64,000 nucleotides of DNA from an uncultured Natronomonas sp. (GCA_964579035.1 CAZOFL010000001.1:26212-90211); one strand, 5' to 3'. Shown: positions 1 to 10,624, counted from the stretch's first letter. The notes: generated by a model from the sequence alone, not told the origin. Program-made: numbers and translations.

Positions 1-1211
1 TCGGGGCCGGCCTCGCAGTGAAAGTCGAGATGACGCAGATGCCCCAACTCGTCGGCGTGTTCAACGGTTTCGGGGGTGGCGCGTCGGCGCTCGTCGCCGG
101 TGCGGAACTCATCGAGTTCCAGACCGAAACCGGCGGTTCGTTCCCGGTCGAGATGGCCGTCGCGGCAGCCGTCTCGGGAATCATCGGCGCGGTCACGCTG
201 TTCGGGAGTATGATCGCCGCGGGAAAACTTCACGGCGTCGTGACGGGTTCCGCAATCCGGTACAGCGGCGACCAGGCCGTCAAGGCCCTGTTTTTCGGTC
301 TCGCCGTGTTTTCGGGGGTGTACCTGGTCGTCCAACCCGACGTTCTGTCGGCACAACTGCAGGGCGAGCTAGTCCCGGCGTACTGGGTGCTTATCGTCGC
401 CGCCTCCGCGCTCGGGGTGATGCTTGTCGTTCCCATCGGCGGGGCTGACATGCCCGTCGTCATCGCGCTTTTGAACTCATACTCGGGGCTCGCCGCGGCC
501 GGGACGGGGTTCGTGTTGAACAACACCGCCCTCATAATCGCAGGGACGCTCGTCGGCGCCGCCGGGATGATCCTCACCGTCATCATGTGCGAATCGATGA
601 ACCGGTCGCTCGCGAACGTGTTGTTCGGCGGCTTCGGCGAGGAGGCCACCACCGAGGAAATGGACGACATCTACGAGGGGAACATCACCGAAACCTCCCC
701 CGTCGAACTCGAGATGTTGCTCGACACCGCCGACCGCGTCGTCATCGTCCCCGGGTACGGGATGGCGGTCGCACAGGCCCAACACGCCGTCGCCGAACTT
801 GCACAGTTGCTCGACGACGACGGTATCGAAGTCGAGTTCGGTATCCATCCCGTGGCAGGCCGGATGCCCGGTCACATGAACGTGCTCCTGGCCGAGGCCG
901 ACGTTCCGTACGATAAAATGAAAGACCTCGAGGAGATCAACCCGACGTTCTCCCAAACCGACGTCGTCATAGTCACGGGGGCCAACGACGTCGTCAATCC
1001 GCGGGCCAACGAAGCGGACGGCAGTCCGATCTCGGGGATGCCGGTGTTGAACGTCGGCGAAGCCGGAACCGTCGTCGTCAACAAACGGAGCCTCAGCCCC
1101 GGGTTCTCCGGCATCCCGAACCCGCTTTTCGCACAGGACAACGCGTACATGTTGTTCGGCGACGGGAAAGAAACGATGCAGGAGGTGGTCAACGAGTACA
1201 AGGAGTCCTGA
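1..1211 (+). CDS. pntB: NAD(P)+ transhydrogenase subunit beta (5' part outside window)
   Basis: MTQMPQLVGVFNGFGGGAS, IGGADMPVVIALLNSYSG, VPGYGMAVAQAQH, IHPVAGRMPGHMNVLLAEA and GANDVVNP motifs; the frame is open to the window edge. Confidence 0.95.
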   Translation, partial: GAGLAVKVEMTQMPQLVGVFNGFGGGASALVAGAELIEFQTETGGSFPVEMAVAAAVSGIIGAVTLFGSMIAAGKLHGVVTGSAIRYSGDQAVKALFFGLAVFSGVYLVVQPDVLSAQLQGELVPAYWVLIVAASALGVMLVVPIGGADMPVVIALLNSYSGLAAAGTGFVLNNTALIIAGTLVGAAGMILTVIMCESMNRSLANVLFGGFGEEATTEEMDDIYEGNITETSPVELEMLLDTADRVVIVPGYGMAVAQAQHAVAELAQLLDDDGIEVEFGIHPVAGRMPGHMNVLLAEADVPYDKMKDLEEINPTFSQTDVVIVTGANDVVNPRANEADGSPISGMPVLNVGEAGTVVVNKRSLSPGFSGIPNPLFAQDNAYMLFGDGKETMQEVVNEYKES

Positions 1212-1283
1212 CCGCCTCCCACCGCTGGCGTTCGACTCGCGACCGCTGTACGGACCGCGCTCGGCTTCCGGCCGTCGGTGGGG

Positions 1284-2216
1284 CTACCGGACCGATTCGA
1301 GGCCGGCTGCCCCGGTTCCGATCGCCTCATCGGCGGCATCGACGTGTCCGAGGAAGCTGACGAACCCGTGGGTCACCGACTCGAAGTGAGCGTGCTCGAC
1401 GGCGACGCCGTTGTCGGCGAGTGCGTCGGCGTATGCGATCCCCTCGTCCCGAAGGGGGTCGAACCCGGCCGTCACGACCGTCGCCGAGGGCAGCCCAGAG
1501 AGATCTTCGACGAGCAGCGGCGCGAGATACCCGTTTCTGGCGTGGATCGGCGAGTCGACATACTGGTCGCTGAACCACTCCATCGTCGTCCGTTCGAGAA
1601 AATACCCCTCGGCGTTCTCGGCTCGACTGTCGTAGGTCTCGAACGGCGAGCCACAGACCGGATAGTACAGCAACTGGTGGGCGATCTCCGGGGCCTCGAC
1701 GCCCGGTGCGGCGTCCCGGAGGAGAAGTGAGACGCCCGCGGCGAGGTTCGCTCCGGCGCTGTCGCCGCCGACCGCGACCGTGCCGTCCCCGCCGAACGCC
1801 CCCGGATCGTCGGCGATCGCGTCGACGGCGGCGCGTGCGTCCTCGAGTGGGGCCGGAAACGGGTGTTCGGGGGCGAGCCGGTAGTCGACGGAGACGACCG
1901 TCCAGCCGCTCTCGGCCGCCAGCCGCTGACAGACGTTGTCGTGGGTGTCGAGCCCGCCGACGACGAAGCCCCCACCGTGGAGGTACACGAGGATCGGCCG
2001 CTCGCCCTCACCGGGGCGATACACCCGGGCGTCGAGGTTCCCGTCGGCTCCCGCGACTGTCGTGTCGTACTGCTCGTAGACGTCGAACGTCGGCGAGAAC
2101 GCCGCCATCGCCTCGAACGCTTCGCGGGCGGCCTCGACCCCGACGTCCTCGAAGTTCGGCGCGTTGGCGACCATCTCGAGGATCGGCTGCAACTGGGGAT
2201 GCGGTTCGTCGGCCAT
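1284..2216 (-). CDS. Alpha/beta hydrolase, HSL-like (family IV) esterase/lipase
   Basis: HGGGF oxyanion motif, VDYRLAPEHPFPA, GDSAG nucleophile, FDPLRD, HGF. Confidence 0.92.
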   Translation of the reverse strand: MADEPHPQLQPILEMVANAPNFEDVGVEAAREAFEAMAAFSPTFDVYEQYDTTVAGADGNLDARVYRPGEGERPILVYLHGGGFVVGGLDTHDNVCQRLAAESGWTVVSVDYRLAPEHPFPAPLEDARAAVDAIADDPGAFGGDGTVAVGGDSAGANLAAGVSLLLRDAAPGVEAPEIAHQLLYYPVCGSPFETYDSRAENAEGYFLERTTMEWFSDQYVDSPIHARNGYLAPLLVEDLSGLPSATVVTAGFDPLRDEGIAYADALADNGVAVEHAHFESVTHGFVSFLGHVDAADEAIGTGAAGLESVR

Positions 2217-2472
2217 GGGTTCACCTCGGGACCCGCCGACTTCACGCTGTTCCCGGGTCGTTTCGGTCCGCCGGCTTAGCCGTCCGCTCGGATGTCGCCG
2301 TGTGCCCCGTCTCTCCCGGACTTCGAACGGACCCGACGCCGTCTGGAATCGCCCCCGGCCTCATACCGGAACGGTTCCGCCCCGGACGGTGCCCGACCGA
2401 CGAACGCCGTCCGGAGAGAGGGTCTAAAGCCGCTCGGTTGAGCCCCCGACGCCGCCCCCGTGGTTCGATCGT

Positions 2473-3231
2473 TTACTCGATCCGCTCGCCGAAGCCGAAC
2501 CGCGGTTTGATATCCGTCACCTCGATCTCGACGGTGTCACCGGGCTCCGTGCCGGCGACGAACAGCGTGTATCCCTCGATTTTTGCGATCCCGTCGCCCT
2601 CGCGGCCGGTGTCCTCGATCTCTACCTCGAGGCGGTCGCCCTCGCTGACTGGCGCGGTGAGCCGTCCCTTCGCGACCATGTACAGCTCCGAGGAGGAGTC
2701 CCGCGAGGCCTTCGGGTGAATCGTCCGGACGTATTCGAACTCCTCGTCGATGTCCGCTCGAAGGTCGTCGGTATCGGGGCCCTCGAACACCTTCGCGACG
2801 AAATCGCCGCCGGGGGCGAGCAACTCCAGCGCCGTCTCGAACGCCATCCGGGCGAGATACACCGAGCGAGCGTGATCCAGCGAGTACTCGCCGGTCATGT
2901 TCGGGGCCATATCGGAGACGACGACGTCGGCGTCGCCGACCGACTCGACGATCCGCGCCCGGGTGTCCGCCTCCGTCATGTCCCCCCTGATCGTCTCGAC
3001 GCCGTCGATCGGCTTGATCCGCTGGAGGTCGACGCCGACGACGGTGCCGCCTTCGCCCGCGAGCTCGTTTGCGACCTGCAGCCATCCGCCGGGGGCGGCC
3101 CCCAGATCGACGACGGTGTCGCCCTCGCTTATAAGTCCGGCGTCCTCGTCGAGCTGTTTGAGCTTGTAGGCCGCCCGCGATCGGTAGCCCTGCTGTTTGG
3201 CCCGGTTGTAGTAGTCGTCCTTTCGTGTCAT
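2473..3231 (-). CDS. rlmE: 23S rRNA U2552 2'-O-methyltransferase RlmE/FtsJ with C-terminal TRAM domain
   Basis: GYRSRAAYKL, VVDLGAAPGGW, SDMAPN, ASRDSSSELY; TRAM-like GDGIAKIEGYTLFV; start moved to MTRKDDYY. Confidence 0.95.
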   Translation of the reverse strand: MTRKDDYYNRAKQQGYRSRAAYKLKQLDEDAGLISEGDTVVDLGAAPGGWLQVANELAGEGGTVVGVDLQRIKPIDGVETIRGDMTEADTRARIVESVGDADVVVSDMAPNMTGEYSLDHARSVYLARMAFETALELLAPGGDFVAKVFEGPDTDDLRADIDEEFEYVRTIHPKASRDSSSELYMVAKGRLTAPVSEGDRLEVEIEDTGREGDGIAKIEGYTLFVAGTEPGDTVEIEVTDIKPRFGFGERIE

Positions 3232-3847
3232 GGATGCGTCACCGAGCTCCGTGGCATCGTCCCCGTGGAAACTGCCGGTGAGTCTGCGTTCATACGCGAC
3301 ACACGCCGTCGAGGCGGAAATGGACATCGGATAGAGGACGACTCTCAACCGACACCGGGGACGACTCACCCCTCCGCCCGGAACCGAGCGGCGATCCCGT
3401 CCGGGTCGACGTGTTCGAGCCCCACATCGGTTTCAGCGACCTCGTAGCCGCCGTCGGTCACCCGTCCTCTCGTGGCTTCGAGCGCCCTCGAGCCGCCAAC
3501 AGTCACGGATCCGCTCGAGTGCGTCGCTGACCTCGCCCCGCGACGGTACTCCGAAACCGTTGTGATACAGCCCCGCCTCACCCCCTTTTCGAGCGGTGCT
3601 CCCGTCCTCGATGGCACGCTCGCGGTCCCCGACACGGAGGGCCGTCCGGTCGACGCGGGCTCCATCGGGTAGCGTCTCCCGTGTCGCGTCCGTTCTCGAC
3701 GATCGCAGCGCGATTCAACCTGTCGGAATCCGCGGGAACGGTTCACAGACACTCGCGCGCCCGAAACGCCGAAGCGCGGACATCGGTTCGCCGTCGACGG
3801 ATCGTCGAGGACACACATTTATTAATGCGTTCGCTGACGATCCGAGT

Positions 3848-5212
3848 ATGCCCCCCATCGACGCGGACCGAGAGCAGTGGTCGACGCGGCTTGGCTTCGT
3901 TCTCGCGGCGGTCGGCAGCGCCGTCGGCCTCGGAAACATCTGGCGGTTTCCGTTCGTAACGGGTGACGGCGGCGGTGCGGGGTTTCTCCTCGTGTACTTG
4001 CTTTTTGTCGCTCTCATCGGTCTGCCAGCGATCCTCATCGAGTTCGTCGTCGGCCGCCGAACCCGGAGGAACCCGGTCGGGGCATTGAAACAGATCGGGA
4101 CCGGAGCCTGGCGGTACGTCGGCTGGATCTTCGTCGTCACGACGTTCGTCATCATGTCGTACTACAGCGTGATCGCGGGCTGGACGATCAGATACACGAT
4201 CCTCGGCCTCGGTGGCGGTTACGCTGCCGACCCGGGAGCCGCCGCCGAGCAGTTCGGAGCGTTGGCCCAAGGCGTCGAGGCGATGGCCTTCCATGCGCTG
4301 TTTTTGCTCGTCATCGTCGCCATCGTCGGGCTGGGGATTCGCCGGGGGATCGAACTGGCAGTCAAAATCATGGTTCCGGCGATCATCGCCATCGTCGTCG
4401 GGCTTGCCCTCTGGGCGGCGACCCTCGACGGCGCAGGCGCGGCTTACGGGTATTATCTCTCCCCGGATTTTGACGAGATCGCCGCGAACTGGACTACGAT
4501 CCTCCCCCTGGCCGCCGGGCAGGCGTTCTTTACGCTCTCTTTGGGCTTCGGAATCATGATCACCTACGCTTCGTATCTCGACGAGGATCGAAACCTGGCG
4601 GAGGACGGCGCCGTCATCATCGGCCTCGATACCGCGATCGCGTTTCTCGTCGGATTGGTCGTGTTCCCGATCCTGTTCACCGCGGGGATCGACCCCGGCG
4701 AACCGGGGGTCGGGGCGATATTCATTACGCTGGCGGCGGCGTTCGGCGAGCTCTCGGCCGGCGGACTCGTCGGTGCGGTCTTCTTTGCTACCGTGGCCGT
4801 GGCCGCGCTTTCGAGCGCGATCAGTCTGACCGAAGTGGTCGTCGCGTACGCGATCGACGAACACGGAGTCTCCCGATTTCACGCGACGGTGATCGTGTGT
4901 AGCGCGCTCTTCGTGTTGGGGCTTGCTCCCGCCTACGACATCGTGTTGCTGGAACTGTACGACGGGCTTGCCGACGGCGTTCTGTTGATTCTCGGCGGCC
5001 TCCTCGTCACCGCCTACGTCGCGTGGGGCTGGTCGGACGAAGCCATCGAGGAACTCGGCCAGGGGATCGGACGGCTCGGGTCCCTCGGAACCTACTGGAT
5101 CTGGCTGGCCCGGATCCCTGTGCTCGTCGTGTTGTTCGTCTCGTTGATTTTTGGTATCGTCGGCTACGCCGAGTTCGTTGACGAAACGTTCATCCCGTGG
5201 TTACGGGGCTGA
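3848..5212 (+). CDS. Sodium-dependent transporter, NSS/SNF family
   Basis: REQWSTRLGFVLAAVGSAVGLGNIWRFP, GQAFFTLSLG, many TM helices; start moved to MPPIDADRE. Confidence 0.93.
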   Translation: MPPIDADREQWSTRLGFVLAAVGSAVGLGNIWRFPFVTGDGGGAGFLLVYLLFVALIGLPAILIEFVVGRRTRRNPVGALKQIGTGAWRYVGWIFVVTTFVIMSYYSVIAGWTIRYTILGLGGGYAADPGAAAEQFGALAQGVEAMAFHALFLLVIVAIVGLGIRRGIELAVKIMVPAIIAIVVGLALWAATLDGAGAAYGYYLSPDFDEIAANWTTILPLAAGQAFFTLSLGFGIMITYASYLDEDRNLAEDGAVIIGLDTAIAFLVGLVVFPILFTAGIDPGEPGVGAIFITLAAAFGELSAGGLVGAVFFATVAVAALSSAISLTEVVVAYAIDEHGVSRFHATVIVCSALFVLGLAPAYDIVLLELYDGLADGVLLILGGLLVTAYVAWGWSDEAIEELGQGIGRLGSLGTYWIWLARIPVLVVLFVSLIFGIVGYAEFVDETFIPWLRG

Positions 5213-5229
5213 TGCCCCGTGAAAGGCGC

Positions 5230-5706
5230 TCAGAGCGTTTCGAGCGCGTAATAAACCGCTCCGAGGATCGCCCCGAAGACGGCGTGACCGACGCCGCTCA
5301 TCGGATTGAAATCGGGAACCGGCGGGTCCATCGGTCCCATCGCGCCGACCCACGCCGGCATCACGAACGTCGCGAGGACGAGCCATAGGACGATCCCGTA
5401 GACGATCCCCGCACCGACCTGCTTTTGTCCCGAGGACCCGGTGAGGCCGGCGACCCCGACTATCGCCGCGAACACGACACCGAAAATAGCCGAGTGCACC
5501 ATGTGGATGACCCACCCGGCCGCGCCGGCCGGTCCCTCGATCCCGTACATTACGGGGATTGCCATCTCCATGATGTTGGTCATCATCGCCGTCATCATCG
5601 CGCCGAACACGAGCCCACCGGCGAGTCCGCCGGCGACGCCCGCTTTCCAGTTCCCCGGAGTCGAGTCGGCTACCGCCGCGGTCGGGGTCTCCGTTTGCGT
5701 TGACAT
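5230..5706 (-). CDS. Met-rich 4-TM membrane protein of unknown function
   Basis: Hydrophobic ORF with GWVIHMVHSAIFG and GHAVFGAILG; host-like codon use. Confidence 0.75.
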   Translation of the reverse strand: MSTQTETPTAAVADSTPGNWKAGVAGGLAGGLVFGAMMTAMMTNIMEMAIPVMYGIEGPAGAAGWVIHMVHSAIFGVVFAAIVGVAGLTGSSGQKQVGAGIVYGIVLWLVLATFVMPAWVGAMGPMDPPVPDFNPMSGVGHAVFGAILGAVYYALETL

Positions 5707-5749
5707 ACGGGTACGTATCTCTCCGATCTGCAAATGAGGCTACCCCGGT

Positions 5750-5787
5750 TGTGACACAGTCTCACACATCCTCCCCATGTTTTTATA
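5750..5787 (-). promoter_or_regulatory. Candidate TATA box (TATAAAAA on - strand) plus palindromic operator TGTGACAC-A-GTCTCACA
   Basis: 7/8 inverted repeat at 5750-5766 lying between the TATA-like element (5780-5787) and the start codon at 5706. Confidence 0.45.
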
Positions 5788-5835
5788 CTCGACCACCGCT
5801 CGAGATCGGCCGCTCCCGGTTCCGTGTAATTCGGA

Positions 5836-6552
5836 TCACACGTTCGCCGCTTCCGAGCGCCGAACCGCGCCCGTGATCAGGTAGACGAACGGCGTATCGA
5901 GAACGGCGATGAGCAGTTTGAGGAGATACTGTCCGACCGCAAGCGAGAGGACGACCGCGCCCGGAAGCTGCGGGCCGATGCCGAAAAGCGTCGGAATCGC
6001 CCAGAAGGCGACGCCGACGAAGATGACGGTGTCGAGAAACTGGCTCGTTCCCGTCGAGACGACGTTGCGGAGCCACAGATACTCCCCGTCGGTCCGTTCC
6101 CTGATCGCGTGGAAGACGACGACGTCGACGTTCTGGCTGACGACGTACGCGAGCAGGCTCCCGGCGACGATGTTCGTCGAGGCCCCGAGTACTAACTCGA
6201 AGGCCCCCGGGTCGATGCTTGAGGGGGCCGCCGGGGCGAGGATCGTACTCCACACCAAGGCAAGGATCAGGAAGTTCATCGCGAAGGCGGCGTTGACGAG
6301 CACCTGAGCGGCTCGTTTCCCGTACAACTCGGTGTAACAGTCCGAGGCAAGGAAGGTCAGCGCGTACGCGAGCGCCGCCCCCGGAAGGGCCAACTCGGCA
6401 CCGGTCACGGGGAGGGAAACGGGCAACTCGAACGAGAGCACCTTCGCCGCCGTCAACTGAGCCGTCGCCAACGACGCGACGAACACCGCCGCCAGCACGA
6501 CCGCTCCGGCCGGCGGGGCCGGACGGTTTCGGGTTGCGGTTGCCTCACTCAT
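5836..6552 (-). CDS. Queuosine/archaeosine precursor transporter, YhhQ/VUT family (COG1738)
   Basis: TFLASDCYTELYG, GSLLAYVVSQNVDV, LWLRNVVSTGTSQFLDTVIF, KLLIAVLDTPFVY. Confidence 0.9.
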   Translation of the reverse strand: MSEATATRNRPAPPAGAVVLAAVFVASLATAQLTAAKVLSFELPVSLPVTGAELALPGAALAYALTFLASDCYTELYGKRAAQVLVNAAFAMNFLILALVWSTILAPAAPSSIDPGAFELVLGASTNIVAGSLLAYVVSQNVDVVVFHAIRERTDGEYLWLRNVVSTGTSQFLDTVIFVGVAFWAIPTLFGIGPQLPGAVVLSLAVGQYLLKLLIAVLDTPFVYLITGAVRRSEAANV

Positions 6553-6724
6553 CGTTGCCTTCGAGACGGTCGTGGCGCGCGTCGATCTCGTCGAGCAGAT
6601 CCAGCGTCTTGCGGATCGACGCGCGGACGGCGTCGCTTCGGTTGACGAACTTCCCGTCGTCGCCGACGTGTTCGTCGAGGTCCTCGAGCAGTTCCTGTGG
6701 AATCTCGACGCTTATTTTGGGCAT
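6545..6724 (-). CDS. Ribbon-helix-helix (CopG/MetJ-like) DNA-binding protein, 59 aa (not in ORF track)
   Basis: Read by hand: MPKISVEIPQELLEDLDEHVGDDGKFVNRSDAVRASIRKTL...; its stop overlaps the transporter start (ATGAGTGA). Confidence 0.88.
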   Translation of the reverse strand: MPKISVEIPQELLEDLDEHVGDDGKFVNRSDAVRASIRKTLDLLDEIDARHDRLEGNDE

Positions 6725-6787
6725 ACCTGGATCATCTCTCGAGAATACTCATTAATATCCCGGTCCGCCCCGGACGGTGTCGAACCG

Positions 6788-7582
6788 TTACAACGCGTCC
6801 CGAAGCGCCGCGTTCATCGCCCCCACCGGCGCGTCCCGTCCCGTCCAGACCTCGAACGCCTCGACGCCCTGAAACAACAACATCCACGCCCCGTCGACGG
6901 TCGTTGCGCCGACCGCCCGCGCCTCCGTCAGCAGTCGGGTGTCGAGCGGCGCGTACACGGCGTCTAAGACCGCCAGATCCGAATGTAGTGCGGCCTTCGG
7001 AACCGGCGTTTCCCCGGATTCCATCCCGACGCTCGTGGCGTTGACCAACACCTCGGCGTCGGCGAGCGTCGACCGGAGACCCGACAGACCGCCCGCACTC
7101 GCGTCCGGGACCGCCTCGGCCAGCGACTCCGCCCGCGGGACGGTCCGGTTCGCGATGTGGACCTCCATCCCCTCGTCCGCAAGCGCGAACGCCGCCGCCC
7201 GCCCTGCGCCGCCCGCGCCGACGACGACCGCCCGTCCCGACAGCGTGACGTCGTGGTGTTCGAACGCCCGAACGACACCCGCGGCGTCGGTGTTGTACCC
7301 CCTCGGCTCGTCCTCGAAGGCGACGGTGTTCACCGCGCCGATGCGTCCGGCGAGAGGGTCGGTGTCGACCACCTCCGCGACCGCCTCCTTGAACGGGATC
7401 GTTACGTTCAGGCCCGCAACCCCGAGCGCCGCCGCGCCGTCTACGACCCGATCGATCGAGTCCGGTTCGGGTTCGAACGTGACGTATCGAGCGTCCATCC
7501 CACACTTCCGGTAGGCCGCCTCGTGCATCGGCGGCGAAACCGAGTGCCCTACCGGATTTCCGATGAGGCCGAACACCTGCAT
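6788..7582 (-). CDS. aroE: Shikimate dehydrogenase
   Basis: [55 protein letters not shown]. Confidence 0.96.
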   Translation of the reverse strand: MQVFGLIGNPVGHSVSPPMHEAAYRKCGMDARYVTFEPEPDSIDRVVDGAAALGVAGLNVTIPFKEAVAEVVDTDPLAGRIGAVNTVAFEDEPRGYNTDAAGVVRAFEHHDVTLSGRAVVVGAGGAGRAAAFALADEGMEVHIANRTVPRAESLAEAVPDASAGGLSGLRSTLADAEVLVNATSVGMESGETPVPKAALHSDLAVLDAVYAPLDTRLLTEARAVGATTVDGAWMLLFQGVEAFEVWTGRDAPVGAMNAALRDAL

Positions 7583-7739
7583 ACGCCAGGGACCTCGCGC
7601 ACGGACAAAAACGTTCCGCGAGTTGTCGGCTCGGTCCCGTCGTCGCGCAAGGTAAACCGTATATTGGGATATAAAATCACTCTGCTCGGCGAGCGTGCCG
7701 GATCACACGCCCTTTGTTCGTCGCCCTCCGAGGGCCGGT

Positions 7740-9062
7740 ATGCTTGCAATCGTCGTCTCCCGCGCCGACGAGGCCTCCGAACACATCGGCGAACACCTGC
7801 TCGACGTCATAGAGTGGGACGAACACGAAGACGGGACCCGATCGGACGCCGACGGCGGCGGCCGCTACCACCGGGCCGAGGGGATCGAACTCAGAACGTT
7901 TGAGGACCTCCATTTGGACCTGGACGGCGTCGCCGCGGCCTTCGATGACCCCGAGATGCTGGTGTTCGCCTCGCGCCACGCCGGGGAGACGGGCGAGTTG
8001 CTCACGGCTCACGCGACCGGGAACTTCGGGCCGGCCGAGTACGGCGGCCGCCCGGGATCGCTCGCCCGAGCCGCCCCGAACGCCCTCTCCGCGGTCCGCG
8101 AGCGCCTCGAAACCTACGCACCCGGGGGCTACGACGTCGGGATCGAGTGTACGCATCACGGGCCGAGCACCGTCGGGTGCCCGTCGCTTTTCGTCGAGGT
8201 CGGGAGTGCGGCGGCCCAGTGGCGCGACCCCGAAGCCGCCCGCGCCGTCGCCCGCGCTATCGTCGACCTCCGCGACGTCGCCGCCCACCGCAAACGGACC
8301 GTCGTCGGCTTCGGGTGTGGCCATTACGCCCCGCGCTTCGACCGAATCACGACCGACACCGACTGGGGAGTCGGTCACATCGCCGCCGACTGGGCCCTTG
8401 AGGCGATGGGCGACCCGGGCGACGCCCGCGCCGTGATCGCAAAGGCGTTCCAGATGAGCGGAAGCGAGTTCGCCGTGATCGAGGGGACCCGTCCCGAACT
8501 CGAGTCGGTTATCGAGGAAATCGGCTTCGAGATCCTCTCGGAGACGTTCCTCCGGGAGACGACGGGCGTTCCGCTCGGACTCGTCGGCCGACTCGAAGCC
8601 GAACTCGCCGGCGTCGACGAGGGACTCCGGTTCGGCACCCCGGCAGCGGGGCACGACGGTGAGTTCGTCACGGCGGCACTGCCCGAGGCGCTGCTTGACG
8701 AGGCCAACGGAATCGACCGCGATGCGGTGCTCGAAACGCTCGATGAGACGGCGTTCGCCTACGAAACGACGGAGGGAGCGACGCTTGTTTCCGGGTCCGT
8801 CGCGCTCGAACCGGGCGGATACGACGCTGTGATCGACGGCCTCGCGGCGATCCTCCGGGCGAAGTACGAAACCGTCGAACGCCGGGAGTCGGAGGTGGTT
8901 GCGACGCGGACTGCGTTTGACCCGGAACTCGCCCGTGAGGCCGGCGTCGACCCCGGCCCGGCGTTCGGCCGGCTCTCGGCCGGCGAGGCCGTCGACGTCG
9001 ACGGCGAACGGATCGATCCGAGCGACGTTCGGACCGCACGCGAGCGACGATTCCCGACCTGA
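7740..9062 (+). CDS. dtdA: D-aminoacyl-tRNA deacylase (archaeal DTD2)
   Basis: FASRHAG, LTAHATGNF, ECTHHGP, LFVEVGS, GFGCGHYAP; sits upstream of ftsZ1. Confidence 0.9.
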   Translation: MLAIVVSRADEASEHIGEHLLDVIEWDEHEDGTRSDADGGGRYHRAEGIELRTFEDLHLDLDGVAAAFDDPEMLVFASRHAGETGELLTAHATGNFGPAEYGGRPGSLARAAPNALSAVRERLETYAPGGYDVGIECTHHGPSTVGCPSLFVEVGSAAAQWRDPEAARAVARAIVDLRDVAAHRKRTVVGFGCGHYAPRFDRITTDTDWGVGHIAADWALEAMGDPGDARAVIAKAFQMSGSEFAVIEGTRPELESVIEEIGFEILSETFLRETTGVPLGLVGRLEAELAGVDEGLRFGTPAAGHDGEFVTAALPEALLDEANGIDRDAVLETLDETAFAYETTEGATLVSGSVALEPGGYDAVIDGLAAILRAKYETVERRESEVVATRTAFDPELAREAGVDPGPAFGRLSAGEAVDVDGERIDPSDVRTARERRFPT

Positions 9063-9206
9063 CTCCGCGACCGGAGCGGATTTGATATCGCATCATTTAG
9101 TTTATGAGACGTTTTGCCCTCACGGCGATGACCCGTCGCGTCGGCATCTGACACGTGTCAGACGCGGGGGAAAGATACTTTATGCGCGTGCGCCACATCG
9201 GCGACA

Positions 9207-10361
9207 ATGGACTCGATTATCGAGGACGCTATCGACGAGGCCGAGGACGGGGAGGATCCGGTCAGGGAGTCGGCGTCCGGTCCGGCCGACACCGCATCCG
9301 ACGTGAAGGGATCCGGCACGATGACCGACGAGGAACTTGCGAGCGTCGTCAAGGACCTCGAAACGAAGATCACGGTCGTCGGCTGCGGTGGGGCCGGCGG
9401 CAACACCGTCACCCGGATGTCCGACGCCGGCATCCACGGTGCGAAACTGGTCGCTGCGAACACCGACGCCCAACACCTCGCGACCGAAGTCGAGGCCGAC
9501 GAGAAGATCCTCATCGGTCGCCAGCGAACCGGCGGCCGGGGTGCGGGCTCCGTCCCGAAGATCGGCGAGGAGGCCGCCCAGGAGAACCTCGAGGACATCA
9601 ACAACTCCATCGACGACTCGGATATGGTGTTTATCACCGCCGGACTCGGTGGCGGGACCGGCACCGGTTCGGCACCGGTCGTCGCACAGGCCGCCCAAGA
9701 CCAGGGTGCGCTGACGATCGCCATCGTAACGATCCCCTTCACGGCGGAGGGCGAACGCCGGCGGGCCAACGCCGACGCCGGGTTGGAGCGGCTTCGCGCT
9801 GTCGCGGATACGGTCATCGTCATCCCGAACGACCGACTCCTCGATTACGCGCCCAACATGCCGCTACAGGATGCGTTCAAGATCTGCGACCGCGTCCTCA
9901 TGCGCTCGGTGAAGGGGATGACCGAACTCATCACGAAACCCGGCCTCGTCAACGTCGACTTCGCCGACGTGAAAACGATCATGGAGAACGGCGGCGTCGC
10001 CATGATCGGTCTCGGTGAGTCCGATTCCGAAAACAAAGCCCAGGATTCGATCCGCTCGGCGCTCCGGTCGCCGCTTCTCGACGTCGAGTTCGACGGCGCC
10101 CAGAGCGCGCTCGTCAACGTCGTCGGCGGTCCGGACATGTCCATCGAGGAAGCCGAGGGCGTCGTCGAGGAGATCTACGACCGGATCGATCCCGACGCTC
10201 GCATCATCTGGGGCGCCTCCGTGGATCCGGAGTTCGACGGCAAGATGGAGACGATGATCGTCGTCACCGGCGTCGAAAGCCCACAGATCTACGGCAAAAG
10301 CGAGGCCGAACAGGAGCGCGCCGTGACGGCCGAGGGCGACGACATCGATTTCGTCGAGTGA
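9207..10361 (+). CDS. ftsZ: Cell division protein FtsZ (FtsZ1 type)
   Basis: [32 protein letters not shown]; ftsZ-secE-spt5 context. Confidence 0.98.
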   Translation: MDSIIEDAIDEAEDGEDPVRESASGPADTASDVKGSGTMTDEELASVVKDLETKITVVGCGGAGGNTVTRMSDAGIHGAKLVAANTDAQHLATEVEADEKILIGRQRTGGRGAGSVPKIGEEAAQENLEDINNSIDDSDMVFITAGLGGGTGTGSAPVVAQAAQDQGALTIAIVTIPFTAEGERRRANADAGLERLRAVADTVIVIPNDRLLDYAPNMPLQDAFKICDRVLMRSVKGMTELITKPGLVNVDFADVKTIMENGGVAMIGLGESDSENKAQDSIRSALRSPLLDVEFDGAQSALVNVVGGPDMSIEEAEGVVEEIYDRIDPDARIIWGASVDPEFDGKMETMIVVTGVESPQIYGKSEAEQERAVTAEGDDIDFVE

Positions 10362-10450
10362 CGGTCGCGCCGCCCCTGTCTGTTTCGCGGGCTGAAACGC
10401 ACGGGACGCGTATCAACAAGTAAAAAACCCCGGAGACGAAACGTATCGAC

Positions 10451-10624
10451 ATGAACACCCCCACCGACCTCACGTCGTACATTCGCGTTCTGAAACTCGC
10501 GAGCACGCCGACGTGGGACGAGTTCTCGAAGGTCTCGGCCATCGCAGGGTTGGGAATCCTGCTCGTCGGCTTCATCGGATTCGTCATCTTCGCGATCATG
10601 ACGTTCGTTCCGGGAGGTCCGTGA
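10451..10624 (+). CDS. secE: Protein translocase subunit SecE/Sec61-gamma, 57 aa (not in ORF track)
   Basis: Read by hand: [47 protein letters not shown]; TGATG coupling to spt5. Confidence 0.93.
   Translation: MNTPTDLTSYIRVLKLASTPTWDEFSKVSAIAGLGILLVGFIGFVIFAIMTFVPGGP

Noticed and set aside
2217-2472. GC-rich intergenic stretch as SRP RNA or RNase P RNA
   Set aside because: The conserved SRP helix 8 and RNase P motifs were not recognised.
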